Below, piece after piece: positions 63,825 to 64,000 of a stretch of DNA of 64,000 bases. This DNA is from a virus (taxonomy: Duplodnaviria; Heunggongvirae; Uroviricota; Caudoviricetes). Every line of letters begins with the position of its first letter. Position 1 is the first letter of the stretch. The DNA lies in the IMG/VR virus record IMGVR_UViG_3300049215_000227, positions 39,998 to 103,997 of that record. One strand, written 5' to 3'. A program made the translations under genes and the position numbers. A model generated the notes under the pieces. That model ran no database searches, was not told the DNA's origin, and saw only the letters and a program-made list of their open reading frames with translations.

Positions 63825-64000
63825 ATGTTTTATTGTCAAGCTACGAAGAAGCTCAGCAAGCCGAACGAACCTGCTCACAAGCTGGTGACGCACGTGCGCA
63901 ACCGCGCTTATACGCGTTGGAACCACAAGAAGAACGACCACGAAGTCATCGGCCACGGAGTTGAGGTTGTTCGTGAGATCCTCGTCTGTCGCGAGTACTA
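63825..64000 (+). CDS. hypothetical protein, truncated at window edge
   Basis: AAGGAGG SD; MFYCQATKK.. open to end. Confidence 0.6.
   Translation, partial: MFYCQATKKLSKPNEPAHKLVTHVRNRAYTRWNHKKNDHEVIGHGVEVVREILVCREY

Overview
A 64 kb segment of a large lytic myovirus genome with a contractile tail. No terminase, portal or major capsid gene is in the window, so the genome is considerably larger. The host is probably Gram-negative (PagL-like outer-membrane protein, GH24 lysozyme). Left (1-14.5 kb): truncated HNH, phage GroEL, a DNA methyltransferase-like protein with a degenerate catalytic motif, dUTPase, a translation/RNA island, lysozyme, SF2 helicase, HNH, DnaB-like helicase, primase and a 2OG-Fe(II) oxygenase. 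Middle (14.5-53.5 kb, minus strand): tail fibres, baseplate (including a 2363-aa baseplate-J protein), tape measure, chaperones, three tube paralogs, sheath, neck proteins and a Nudix protein. Right (53.5-64 kb): two divergent arrays of small ORFs. The most notable signals, all read by eye and not confirmed by computation: (1) the RNA island at 6.3-10.6 kb holds two amber-suppressor (CUA) tRNAs although the long genes are not recoded, a tRNA with an 11-nt-expanded anticodon arm, a Pth2-like gene preceded by an M-S-amber minigene, and two apparently paralogous 186-221 nt tRNA-like RNAs with large pseudoknotted inserts, each ending 7-9 nt before a start codon (one precedes an HNH gene); (2) more than 20 otherwise unrelated small ORFs share an L-x-x-L-L-x-K-L-G-like helix; (3) about a dozen genes have a -10 box 6-8 nt before ATG, suggesting leaderless mRNAs; (4) a hairpin plus CTGACACTGCTACGC element occurs three times among putative early genes.
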